DNA of 63,986 nucleotides, counting the filler, from Kipferlia bialata (lineage: Eukaryota), in NCBI GenBank assembly GCA_003568945.1. It is 3 parts of 3 records of this genome, joined end to end, with 100 filler letters (N's around TTAATTAATTAA, not from the genome) between each part and the next. Parts side by side here need not be neighbours in the genome. Positions count along the whole stretch, not along the records: positions 1 to 29,585 come from BDIP01000135.1; 2 more parts are not named here. One strand, 5' to 3'. Of the stretch, positions 13,601 through 26,600 are shown piece after piece. Positions within the stretch are counted from its first letter, which is position 1; the number at the start of each line of letters is the position of its first letter. A program made the translations under genes and the position numbers. The notes under the pieces were generated by a model, which made no database searches, was not told the DNA's origin, and worked only from the letters and a program-made list of their open reading frames with translations.

Positions 13601-15424
13601 ACTCAGACATACATCCAGTATCAGTATCACTAAATCAGTACCGATACCATTGCTCTACCACTTCATCTTGTGGGGGTACACGTACTCTGTAGTATGGGTG
13701 CCACAAGCTGCTCCAGTCTCATCTGGCTCTCCACCCTCTGGGCCAGAACATCTAATGCACACTGACGCGCAAAGGGTACGTGGATGGAGAGGAAACAGCC
13801 AAAGCGTCTGGACAAAGAGTCAGCCTCCGAGATTAGCTGTATACCGCCGGCAGTGCTGTCAAGTGAGCCATATAGAATTGGAAGTATGCACTAGTACTCT
13901 TATCAGCCGTACCATATGAACACCCCAGAAGAGGGGTCTGCAACTCCTAGTGTTCCCTTTAGCTTGCATACTGAAGTACATATGCGTTTTAGACCACTAC
14001 TTTGCTTCCTGGTTGAGTTAGATTCGAGAAACATAATGAGCGCACGTGAGTCATAGCGTAGAAACCTCCTAGAGCTCAGTTCCACGAACCTAGTAACATA
14101 GGAGTGACCGAGTTCTCGTCTGACATTGCTCATTGGCAAGATGTTCAGAGGGTTGGGTGGGACTGTCACATAGTCTGAGGCAAAGGACCTGCTGTGATAT
14201 TGTGAAACATAGAGTTAACGTGTTTGGGAGAGTAGAAACAACGAGTATGTCAGTCTCATTAGGTATCCATGCAGTTACTTCGTGCGTACTCTCTGAGCAG
14301 GGCCAGGCTGATGTGTGATGTCGTTGACTGTATGCAGTAGAGCACCACGAGGGAGACGAGCACCCCACACACATGGGTGGAAGGAAGACCCAGCGACGAC
14401 AGCAGTACCAGTGGGACACAGGCAAGTGCAAGGGTACACATTACTGTAGTCTCGTCCACAAAGGGACAGAGCTGTGAGTCAGCGTAATAGCCACTGTGTC
14501 CTCTATCAGAGAGAGCAAGTAGGCAAGAGACTACATCCTTAGTAGGTGTTTACCTGTGTTATCCTCGAGAACTGCATCTTGCACTTCCTGTTATACGACT
14601 CTCGGTATGCCCTGACACCCTCCATACACAGGGCTACTGATGTCGGAGCCACCGTCCAATGGACTATCGACCATATGCGTCTGAAGTCTTTACCAACATC
14701 CAGAGAGACCAAGAAAGACAGAATCTGTTGTTAAGTATGTAAAATTGTTTGTATACCATTTGAATCTTCTTCGAACCACACGTATGAAGTATTACTAAGA
14801 ATGAAACCACCTGCACTACGGTTGCCATGTGCCTTATGACTCCACATGCGCGCAACGCATTATCTCTGTGTACTGAGGGATCTGTACCATACACCACTCT
14901 CTCGAAGAGGTCCAGAGCGGCCAGGTTGATGATGAGATGACTAGGATGAGACAACCAGTGAGTTGCAGAGGTCAGATGAATACTCACTGACCTGCTCTAT
15001 ACTCACCTTCATTGCGGTGGCGGGTAAAGATATATAGCAGCTATAGCATATTGCGTTTATCCATCCTATATTGCACTCCTATACCCACCTCCACTTCAGT
15101 CCGATGGTGTATCCTACAGTGGCAATTAGTGCCAGCAAGGTGTATCTGTGAATGTCTGTCCTGTTAATGAAGACGTAGTTCACATCAGGGAGCGGGCCCT
15201 GCTCATCTGCCATCTAGACTATGTTGGGTGGGTGGAGTTACTGACTGGAATGGTGTCTACAGTGCTCTACTCACACACAAAGTGGTGGGTGAGTATCTCG
15301 GTACCGCAACCCCCTAGCAACTACCACACAGCAAATAGAACCTCTCCTTTAGCCTCTTGGGCGAAGAGTCTTCGTAACTGGATAGGAGAAGAAGCAACAA
15401 CGCACAGTCCAACAGTCGTTTCAT
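10617..15424 (-). CDS. Large multi-exon hypothetical protein (one gene or more; boundaries approximate)
   Basis: A series of minus-strand open blocks (10617-11114, 11387-11803, 11921-12268, 12403-12693, 13903-14169, 14664-14987) bounded by genome-typical acceptors (plus-strand ctggggt/ctagggt at ~11850, 12231, 12698, 13225, 13584). No family motif recognised. Confidence 0.45.
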
Positions 15425-15684
15425 ATGCTAGCTCAGTATGAGGCCATATATGTCCATATGACGCACTCAACAGCCGTATACTGTACAACCCTCAGCGGAG
15501 ATCTTTAGTCCATAAACAGTACAGGGAATACTGAAACACACTCAGCGTCAACCCTTTACTCGATGTTGTCAAACAGATTGAGGCACAGGTTCAGAAGCAT
15601 CGGTGTCGCTCTCGCTCTTGTGGCACATCTGTGGAGTGTGGATAGTTCTCTGAGACTGAGAGTGCTGCCACTAGTAGACCCGGG

Positions 15685-16257
15685 ATGGACATGGACATTG
15701 GGCTAGTGATGGACCCCGACGACCCCGACCAGGCACCCCCCAGTCCTGTGCCTAGACACACACCCCTGACCAACCCATACGGTGTGCCCCAGGCACCCCC
15801 TAGACCCCTGGTGTCACCATTTGGGACCCTGATACCCAGCAACACCACCCAGTGCCCCTGTCCTAACTGCAGTGTGGAGTGCACACCGCAGTCACTGGTG
15901 CAGCACTTGCAGGTACACACACACACTTATGCTCAACACATATGTGCTCTTCTCACATGTCCAGGACCCCCAGTTCAGTGTATCCCATGGGACTGGCATA
16001 CTGAGGATGGCCCAGGAGATCAGGGAGCTGAGACAGGCAGGTAGAGTGAAGTGGACTGAGTGGCAATATACATAGATATTCATGTATCCATAGCTACTCT
16101 CTCCCCTCCCCCCCCGTCTCCCACCCCATAGCCACCATTCCCGTCCCCAAGGTCCCTGTCCCCCCCTCTCCCTCCATCACTGATGCGGCAGATGCTGTTG
16201 AGGTGTCCTCTGAGACAGAGGCACCCGGTCAGGACCAGGGGAGACCCATCACCACAG
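15685..16257 (+). CDS. N-terminal exons of a Pro-rich protein with a Cys/His zinc-finger-like motif; probably the 5' part of the following kelch-like gene
   Basis: ATG at 15685; three phase-consistent exons, including CPCPNCSVECTPQSLVQHLQ. Phase does not match the exon at 16501, but a poly-C low-quality stretch at 16322-16400 may hide missing sequence. Confidence 0.5.
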
Positions 16258-16320
16258 GTAGGGACTGTCTCTGTTAGGGATATCTTAGTCCTCTCCCTCC
16301 CTCCTTTCTCTCTCTCTGTC

Positions 16321-16352
<32 letters not shown>

Positions 16353-16500
16353 TTTTTCTTTTTTTTTAAAAATTTCCCCCCCCCCCCCCCCCCCCCACCC
16401 CCGAGGGCTTTTACATACATGTCACATGTATATTCATAAGTGTATGAACTGTAATCATTTATATACATATATGTATATGTATATTCTCTAATCCATCCAG

Positions 16501-18897
16501 GTCTTCTGCGTGCCTGTCACTAGCACTGACATCGAGTGTGTCACTCTCACACTCCCTACCACATATGGGGAAGAGGTATGTGTACCCACTCTTCTTCATA
16601 ATTCCCCCATTACCATGTTCTATCCTCCGGGCATCTCTCTCTCCCCCCCCCCCCGCCCCGATGTCAATTCAGCATATCTCGGGTGGGTAAATAGTGAATA
16701 CCTAATCGATGTGAGAGTAATATCAGAATTGTTGTGTTTAAATGTGTTCCAGTAGTCTATGTACGCCATATCTGCTGGAATCTCTCCCCCCTGTGTCTAA
16801 CTAGTATATAGTATTGGTACACTTATACACATATATATATTCTCTACCCAGACCATGGCCGCGGATAGTAGACATAGTAGATGTATAGTACAACGACTTC
16901 TACTTTTCCGTATACCTATATATTCTCTGCTAGTATATAGTATATAGTATAGTATTCCGATATATTCTCTACCCCCAGACCATGGCCGCCTCCCCAGCCG
17001 CTATCTCCCCCTCCTAATCGCTAAGAAGTGTATTACATAATATTCATTAGTACCTACTCTTATTCTCAGACTATGCAGGCTTCCCCAGCCGCCATCTCCC
17101 CCTCCTAATCCCTATGAAGTGTATTACTATCAATTCATAAGTGCCTACTCTAATTCTCAGACTATGCAGGCTTCCCCAGCTGCTATCTCCCCCTCCTTCC
17201 TCAGGGGTGATGAGTGTGTCACCCTCACAGTGGGCACACGTCTATACGTGACTAAGAAACGCTCTTTTGGCGGGGGAAGGCTCTTTGCGGCACACGAGAT
17301 GGACACGGGTGACTGGAAGGTGTGGCATATATGTACAGATGATCAGTTGAACAGTGTACTATAAAGGTCGAGTATGAAGAAGGTGATTCTGTTCATATCT
17401 GTGCCCAACTACAGGTAATGACCTGGTATAAGGGAGCGACCGACCCTGATCCATTCATTTGGGCCATTGGCGACTGCATATACTCGCTCGGTCTGGACAA
17501 GATCATGGGCCAACCGGGCCAGGCTGTGTTTAAGAAGTATGACACAGGTTCACGTGTGTGGACTGCGCTTGATCTTCCAGAGTATGTGGGTAGGCTTATG
17601 GGGACGCTCCAGGGGCCCAGTTCACGTCTGGTGACCGTTGTGAATGACGCTGCATATGTCATGATTACACATGTGGTGGACACTCGCTCTTCTGATCCTG
17701 ACCTGAGTGAACAGAGTGGCATTAGGTATGGGATTGCAACTTGTAAAGAATGATTTCTCTATGTGTGTTGACCTTGTTTGGGTAAATAGTGGCATCATTT
17801 TGACTCAGAAATTATGTAATCACATTTTGTATCAAATTGACGTTGCTGATATCAGGGGCTTCTTCTGCTACTCTCCTGTCAGCGGATGGCTAGACTTGAC
17901 AGACACTGTTAGACACACACTCCTCCATAGTGTCAAGCCGCGTACCTTTGCACACCATAGTGTCGCGCATGTGAAGCAGATACACAGGGCACTGGTCTGT
18001 GGACAGTACATTGTGTATGTGAGACCTACACCTAGGTGAGGATGGTTGATTATGTCGCATACACATCTACACGTATATATATACTATTATATGTACCTAC
18101 ACAAGTACACATGCATATATGTCTGCGAGAGACACTCCTAGGGGAATGTGGACTATATGGGGCACCTCAAGTGTATATATTTACTTACAAGTGTATTTAT
18201 GTACTCAATTCATTTCTGACACATCAAATATTCCCTGTGTTATCATTAGTCTACTACATACATTGTCTTTCCCACGATGGGTGTCCTGTCTATGACACTG
18301 TCAGTTCAGAGTGGACAGTGGCTACCATACCTATACATGTGTATATATGTATATATAGTAATATCAATAGTTGCCTTAACCTCTATCCTTACCCTAGCTT
18401 CCCTGTCTATGACACTGTCAGTTCTGAGTGGACAGAGTGGAGTGCGTTGGACATGCATGGCACACAGTTCACACAAGTAGGGATATGTACTATACATTTG
18501 GGTACATATATAGTGTATACTGAGGTGGAGTAGTCTGGGTGTATAGGGGTGCCTATTCACTCAGGTTGACAATATAGTGTATACCATACTATATGTAGAC
18601 ATTCATATGGAGGGACTAAAACACAGTAGTGTATACTGCCTGTTATGCTTAAGATTGTTGCACATATTTCGTTCCCATGGGTAAAGAGGGAAACGGATAC
18701 TCGTTTAGTGTTCACTATGTTCATTCGTTGTCCTATTGGCAATCTAAATCTCACTCTAGGCTGGGGACGGTCGCATTTTCTACGCTCAGACACCCACTAA
18801 CCAGAGCACGAAGCAGAGCTTCTCTCTGGCTGAGGTTGAGCCCTCCCTGATATACCCACACCCAGACGTGAGATGGGCTCTGAAGCACAAGTTATAG
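16501..18897 (+). CDS. Kelch-like beta-propeller protein
   Basis: Exons include VTLTVGTRLYV, WAIGDCIYSLG..KKYDTGSRVWT, ALVCGQYIVYV and FPVYDTVSSEWTEW. C-terminus LIYPHPDVRWALKHKL, TAG at 18895-18897. Confidence 0.65.
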
Positions 18898-19344
18898 GCG
18901 CACTATGTATACTATGGGTACTCTATAGTATGGGTGGGTTATATAGTATACCCACACCCAGACATGAGATGGGCCCTGGAGCACAAGTTATAGACACCAA
19001 TATACCAAATATCTTTGCCTTTGATATGTGTTATCTGGAGCCTCCAGTCTGCAGCACTATACTTTGCACCAAGGTGTTACTCTTCCCACATCCAAACTAT
19101 GCATCTATTCTCTATCTCTATGTGACATAATGTCTATGTTCTACATTATTACTGTGTCTAGTCGGCTGGACATGGTTGCCACTGTGATTGGATGGAGAGA
19201 TTCCACATGATCAGCTATGTGGCCGGCCAAGCCCTGTCCACTCGTTGAGGGACAGAACTAATATGTGTGACAGTATACTGATAGGATATGCATGTTTCTC
19301 ACCCATGGGTCTCCTACGGCAAATACGTCAGTCCTCTCTCTTAC

Positions 19345-20940
19345 TTAGTACTTCCGTGGAAGCATCAGCGACACCAGAGGCAGAATGCCCCACCTGACTG
19401 TCATAAATACTATGAATGGATATATTACATAGACACAAACACAGATGCACGTATTTACAACGCTGTATGAGTATGTGACTATACTACATATGCTTAGATG
19501 AGAGTGACATACCTCCTACCGCAGTCCGGGTACACTAGACCCCTGTCTATGTAGCCAAGTCGGTGGGGACACGACCTACAGTTTAGCTACATAATGGTTC
19601 ACTTCTAACGCACAGTAATGTCTCCATTATGCAAGGTTTCTAATTCATTAGGACTATACCGTATAGTACCTCACAACCAATGCTGGCTGGAATACACCAT
19701 CGACAAATGGCACAGAAGGTGTCTTGGCCATCTCACCACTGATGGTGTCATAGAGGTAGGTCTCCTGGCCGCAATTTGTGCACATACTAGGGGTTAGAGA
19801 TGTATGCTTTCTGTGCATCTGTGTAAAATGAGAACCACGGTGTTTATAGTTGTAAGAGAATGCAAGACCTAGATATGGCCAAGAAGCTACAACTTAACCC
19901 TATATGTAATGTCCATATGTTTACAATACTGTCCATACTCAATACTGGTATTCAAAATTGTGATCATTACCTAGATATGGCCAAGAACTGCCCAACAAGA
20001 TGTCGTATATACACTCTATGTGTTTGTGCATAGTATATTGAGTGAGTGAGACAGTGTCTCCATAGTATTGTGTAAGAGGATTCTATACCTCGAGATGGCC
20101 AAGAACTGCCCCACAGGCACTGTTGTGAGACTCATCCGAATGGAGTAGGGCACCACTCGTTGTGCTGATACAGTCCAGCCAGTGGTGTCGTCAAAGCACA
20201 CGACGGAGCCTGAGTCAGACATGGAATATAGTACTACTATATTCCATACTATATTATATGGTAGTCAATACTTCCTGTAACTTACAGGATGCAAGTTATA
20301 TATCACTGTATACATTTGAGGCAATACTTGGAGTGAGGTAACCTGACTCATCCACCCCATATGCTCTCTCCCTAATCACAGCAAGAGAGAGACAGTACAT
20401 GCTATCAAGGGCAGGGGTGGGGATGTCCAGGCGGATCCACGGTGTCTGAGCACTCTCAGACTCTCTCCATATAGGCGTCTCTGGATCATACACCCATGTC
20501 TGTGGGGCCATGACCACCTCCTCACCCCTTGTATCAGATATCACAACATAGCACATCCCCTTGAGTGTGAAGTAGTATGTCTCTCTCACTGGCTTGTCCT
20601 GGATCAGGTTGGGATAGGGCCGTACGGGTGGATACACACTAGTATTAGGGGCTGGCTCTGGATATACAGTGTCCCAGTGGGGTACGTGTCCGAGAGGTGT
20701 GTACTCTAGGCTACCCATGTCAAGTGAGGCAAAGTGCTCTTCACCATAGAGGTAGAGAGTGCCATTCACATAGAAGGTACACTTCGGGTTGATTATGGTT
20801 GTTCCGGGTGGCGTGTTAGGGGTTAGGTGTACTACGGGTCCCAGGGTGTTGTGTGTGACTGAGCCATCCTCTAACAGTCTGTGCACACAGAGACTCTGCT
20901 GTGACACCAAGAGGCTCTGAGATGTCAGGTCAGTCAGCAC
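19345..20940 (-). CDS. Kelch-like beta-propeller protein (start upstream, unresolved)
   Basis: Exons include FYVNGTLYLYG, TWVYDPETPIW, VPVGQFLAISR, YLYDTISGEM and GLVYPDCGRRWG; TAA at 19345-19347. Convergent with, and similar to, the plus-strand kelch-like gene. Confidence 0.65.
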
Positions 20941-22047
20941 CTGGAAGTAGTGAGATTGGATCGATAAGCTCCTATTAGACTCATGTATTCAGATGTCAGA
21001 TTGTCTCTCTGAAACATTATCTCTTTTGTGCATCATAGTATTGAAAGAGAGCGATTACATCGAACCTGGCTATTATGCCCAGCATTTGTCTCGTATCTGA
21101 CACAAACTGGAGTCTTGGTGGTTGTGTAGTGTCTAGTGGTGAGAGCTGTTGGCGGTGAATGTGTGATTGCACAACATACAGGCTGAATCGGACTCTGATT
21201 GAGATGACTGTCTGATCACATCAATGATATGATGAATAAAATATGGGTTGGACTCTATGAATCTGTATATCATATGAATCTAGCCTATACATGCCACCCA
21301 CCTGTCGACCAACGGATGGAGGAGGCTTGGCATCAGTGTGTCCCTCTCGCCTTGTCTCTCTCTCTGTAGTAACCAGTGTTCTATAATGGCTTAGAGAAGG
21401 AAACAAGTCTGACTTGTAGTAGAAGGGTCAATCCACACATGACTGCTGTGTGGTTCCTACTGTACACAGGGCCACACAATGGTCAACAGCGAATGAACAA
21501 GTCTACAGTGTCAACTTGAAGCCATCAAGCGTCAGACGAGATTCATCGTGACAAGTGTGTATCAAGAAGTCAATATATCCAATGACCTGAACATACTGTT
21601 CAGGAGTTCCTTTCTACCCTACCAGACCTGGTCATCTCACTCCCCTGGTTAAGGTCCACATAGAAGGTATGGGTGTGGAGGAGTAAGTAATTATTTGTTT
21701 TTGTATGTATTTGCCCTCTGCGTGGATGGTAATGTATCACTGGAGTGTCATATGACTGACGCCGTTTGTGAGGTATCTATCTTGAACACTGCCCCCCCCC
21801 CCCCTCGGAAGATACCATTAAAGCGGTAGTATGATATGAGCCCAGCTCCCATTGATTCATCCTCTCTCCCTATTTCTATCCCTCCCCCTATTAGTCTTTC
21901 ACTCTGAGTGTGAGAGACATAGGATCAGGTTTCCTTCCTCCTGTACATGAGATAGACCCTGTCATTTGCACTAATAGACACGGAGTATATATATTGCGAC
22001 AGTACATCTCTCTCTCTCTGTACCTCACATGATTTCTCTCTCTAATC

Positions 22048-22092
<45 letters not shown>

Positions 22093-22098
22093 TCCCCC

Positions 22099-22621
22099 NN
22101 NNNNNNNNNNNNNNNNNNNNNNNNNNNNNNNNNNNNNNNNNNNNNNNNNNNNNNNNNNNNNNNNNNNNNNNNNNNNNNNNNNNNNNNNNNNNNNNNNNNN
22201 NNNNNNNNNNNNNNNNNNNNNNNNNNNNNNNNNNNNNNNNNNNNNNNNNNNNNNNNNNNNNNNNNNNNNNNNNNNNNNNNNNNNNNNNNNNNNNNNNNNN
22301 NNNNNNNNNNNNNNNNNNNNNNNNNNNNNNNNNNNNNNNNNNNNNNNNNNNNNNNNNNNNNNNNNNNNNNNNNNNNNNNNNNNNNNNNNNNNNNNNNNNN
22401 NNNNNNNNNNNNNNNNNNNNNNNNNNNNNNNNNNNNNNNNNNNNNNNNNNNNNNNNNNNNNNNNNNNNNNNNNNNNNNNNNNNNNNNNNNNNNNNNNNNN
22501 NNNNNNNNNNNNNNNNNNNNNNNNNNNNNNNNNNNNNNNNNNNNNNNNNNNNNNNNNNNNNNNNNNNNNNNNNNNNNNNNNNNNNNNNNNNNNNNNNNNN
22601 NNNNNNNNNNNNNNNNNNNNN
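22099..22621. other. Assembly gap flanked by poly-C
   Basis: Run of N with C homopolymers on both sides. Confidence 0.99.
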
Positions 22622-22700
22622 TTTTTATTTTTTTTTATTTTTTTATACCCCCCCCCCCCCCCCCCCATTGTCAACGTGTCATCTCCTGTCTTTGTCTAGG

Positions 22701-22736
<36 letters not shown>

Positions 22737-22794
22737 TTTCTCTCTGTCTCTCTGTCTATGTCTCTGTCTCTCTCTCTCTCTTACTATTGGGTTA

Positions 22795-22895
22795 TCAGCT
22801 GTGTTTGTCAGGGTACTCTCTCTCTCTCTCTCTCTTACCATTAGGTCCTCAGCTGTGTTTGTCAAGGGTGCACCCCCTAGGCATGAGGACAAGGG

Positions 22896-22938
<43 letters not shown>

Positions 22939-23394
22939 ATAAGTATACAGATATGTCTTACTATCAGATCTTCTGCTGTGTTTGTCAAGGGTGCACCCCC
23001 TAGGCATGAGGACAAGGGCCTTGGGGCACCCAATCTCTCTCTCTCCCTCTCCACATATATATAAGTACGTATTCTCACTATCAGATCTTCTGCTGTGTTT
23101 GTCAAGGGTGCACCCCCTAGACATGAGGACATTGGCCTCTCTCTCTCTCTCTCTCTACACAAATGAATGAATGTACATATACCTCTCACACTTAGGGCCT
23201 CAGCTGTCTTTGTCAAAGGGGCACCCCCCAGACATGAGGACAAGGGCCTGGGTGCACCCAATCCAAGGCAGATGGACATGTCAGTGCAGTTCATACGCTT
23301 TGTACGTGAATACTGTATATATACATATACATATATATTCCTCTATCTATACAACCCTAGGAACATGGACATGTCAGTCCAGTTCATACGCTTT
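22795..23394 (+). repeat. Exon-echo cluster: four acceptor-side partial copies and one donor-side partial copy of exon 23196-23301
   Basis: Copies of AG+(S/A)SAVFVKGAPPRHEDKG at ~22795, 22845, 22968 and 23085, each running into (CT)n. NPRNMDMSVQFIRF+GT at 23353. Confidence 0.95.
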
Positions 23395-23624
23395 GTACGT
23401 GAATACTCTCTTTCTCCTAAGTCTATATACTGTCCCCAATTCTCTCTCTCTGTGTCTAGGCATATACTGACCCTCAGATGCTTGTCCTGTTCATAGTTTA
23501 CCACCTCTCTCACTCTCTCTCTCACTCTCCCCCCCCCCTCTCTGTCTCTTTCTCTGTCTGTCTGTCTCTCTGTCTGTCTATGTCTCTCTTAACCCTCAGA
23601 TGCTAGTCCTGTTCATCGTGTACC

Positions 23625-23663
<39 letters not shown>

Positions 23664-26600
23664 AACTCCTCCTTGTGTGAGTATGAATATCGATACTTAC
23701 CCTCAGATGCTAGTCCTGTTCATCGTGTACCACCACTCCCCGCAGACAAAGATATGGAAGGTATATAGCAACCTTATACACGACAGATTCAAGTAGTATA
23801 TAATCATACAGAGTATAGATGTCCCTCTCCGTTACTCTCCGGTAACAAGTGTATATTCATTGTATTATATGTGTTCCACTATAGAAATGTTCTAACCCCC
23901 AGCGCACTGGTGACTGTTGGGACCACCTGCTGTATTATATATGTATTCATATATTCATACATATATACATGCGTATATATATATTCTATTTAACATAGAT
24001 AGATATACACATTGACTCCAGCGCACTGACGACTGTTGGGACTACCTGCCCTTCTACGGCACTACATTCTGGTGAGTCTCTCTCTATCTCACTCTCTCTC
24101 TACTATTCTGGTGAGTCTCACCGTCTTGTCCCCCTACGTTAGTTCTATTTGCTTCACAGTAACAGTAATTGGAAACAGTATGAAGACAATGACCTTTACA
24201 CCCAGGTATGCGTTCAAGGACGGCTGTCACATTGTGATTGAGGCATTCCTTCTGTTGACAGGGTACCTTCTGGTCCAGAGCAGCCTCCGCCGCAGACCCA
24301 CAGCTCTACCCATGTGTACACACTCACTCCGGTAGGATACATGTATAGTCATATACGCTGTATGATATACAATACTATAAGTGAATGAATTACATCCATA
24401 CCCTTTATTCACTTAAGTATATATTAATTAAATATATATTAATTAAGTATATATTCAATATAGTATGCAGAGCCACTGCACTACCCATGTACACCCACTC
24501 ACTGCGGTACAGTATATACCATATACACACATATAGTATGTAATCCTATGTGAAGTAGTAATCATTGATGTGCATACTGATAATAGTGGTACAAGTAATG
24601 GGCTTCGTAGCAATTCGTTTGTATTTCTTTCTCTTACCCCTATCTTTGTGACTCTTGAGCACTTCCCAGTCCATGACCAGATACTATGCGTACATATCTA
24701 TACATACAAGTATGCTATTCTAAATCTATTTCACTATTCAATTTGTTCCCTTACCCTAGCTATGTAGCCCTTGAGCACTCCCTGGTCTATGTGCAGAGAC
24801 TCTTTAGGCTGTGGCTGCTGGGATTCATAGTGCACCTGATGAGGTAAACTGACATTCCAGAGTCATTTCTGATACCGATACTGTAACTGAATGTAGTCAC
24901 GTTCGTATATGACACTATTTACAATGTATATATGAGGCTTAGAGTAAAAGTACTTTGTGGACCTATCTGATGACAGGAATGGAGATGACATCCTATCCTG
25001 GCAGTTCTGGGGTGCCATCGTTGGAGCAGATGTATATACATAGGATTCATAGTTACCACTTACTACTATAATGACTCACTCTAGAAATGGTGATGAGATC
25101 CTATCCTGGCAGTTCTGGGCTGCCATTGTAGGAGCAGATATATGTATTTGTATATATATGTATCATCATAGTATGGTGTATTATCGTCTCACTCTAGGAA
25201 TGGAGATGATATCCTGACCTGGCAGTTCTGGGGTGCCATTGTGGGTGCCGATACATCTATATATATATATGTATCATCTATGTATCATCATAGTATGGTG
25301 TACTTGCGTCTCACTCTAGAAATGGTGACGAGATATTGACCTGGCAGTTCTGGGGTGCCATCATTGGTGCCGATGTCACTGGCAGCAGGACATGGTACCT
25401 GGGGATGGATATGCTTAATACAATGGTACGATGCCATAGCAGCAACAGTACTATATACATATATGTAGTAGTTATATATATGTAGTAGTTATATATATAC
25501 ACATGTGTTGGTGCCGATGTCACTGGCAGTAGGACGTGGTATCTGGGCATGGACATGCTCAATACGATGGTGAGTATATATATATATATATATATATATA
25601 GTAGTTGTATTTGTTATATGATGCATATATATATGATGTCATCAGTAGCAGAACATGGTACCTTGGGATGGACATGCTCAACACTATGGTACGATGTCAT
25701 ATTATGTAGTTCTTAGGAGACTGACATTGTGTTACTGGATTTACAGCATAATACGAGGACATGGACGATAATACTAATTATAATGATGTACTATTTTCCT
25801 GTCATTTATCTCACTGGTCCCCTCCCTGTCTTAACCTCATGCTAGGCCAATCTGCCTTTGATGCTCACTCTGGCAAGGCGTATAGGACCAGGTATTTGCT
25901 GTTGGGGCATTGGGCAGTAACATACCTATCCCTATATATCAATATATATGTGTGTGATGCATAAGGAGATGTTTTTGTGTGTGTGTATTCATACAACAAT
26001 GTCACAAGGGGAGAGAGACAGACTAACTGTGCAGGCAAGGCTAAGGACGGTTACCTCCGCCCAGTATCTCTGTGGCGCTACCTACCCCTTGCCCTACCTG
26101 CACTGTTTCTTGAAGTGGCTGCAGCGTGGTTCTATGTGAAACCCAAGGGAACACTGCCATACAAGGTACTCATTGACATACTCTATATAGGTGTGTAGAC
26201 TATACCCCTTGCCCTACCGGCACTGTGTGTGGAGATGATCACTGCTTGGGTGTATGTCAAGCCTAGAGGGATACTACCATATAAGGTAACTATGTATAGG
26301 ATATGTGGTATATAGATCATATGTATACTATACCTGCACTGTGTGTGGAGATGGGTGTGGCATGGGTATACGTGAGACCTAGAGGAACACTACCGTACAA
26401 GGTACTTGAATTACTCAACAGTATATATATATATATGGGGGGGGGGTCCTACCTGCACTGTGTGTGGAGATGGCCACTGCTTGGGTATATGTCAGACCGA
26501 GAGGAATACTACCCTATAAGGTATTACTAGTTGGCATACCATATGCATAAGTACACTCTACCTGCACTGTGTGGAGATGGGTGTAGCGTGGGTATAAATC

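Noticed and set aside
16322..16400. Long poly-C/poly-T or poly-G stretches (also ~22050, 41645, 59192, 63934) as G-quadruplex elements
   Set aside because: They coincide with gaps, contig ends and phase breaks, so their length and content are unreliable.
22029..22844. ORF-track entries spanning Ns and microsatellite-derived ORFs (YIYI, SLSL, ERER)
   Set aside because: Artefacts of gaps and of (TA)n/(CT)n intronic repeats.
24977..25688. Mutually exclusive exon cluster of the Dscam type
   Set aside because: Each copy has only one splice site and half the exon, and runs into microsatellite or stop codons; only one copy per cluster is complete.
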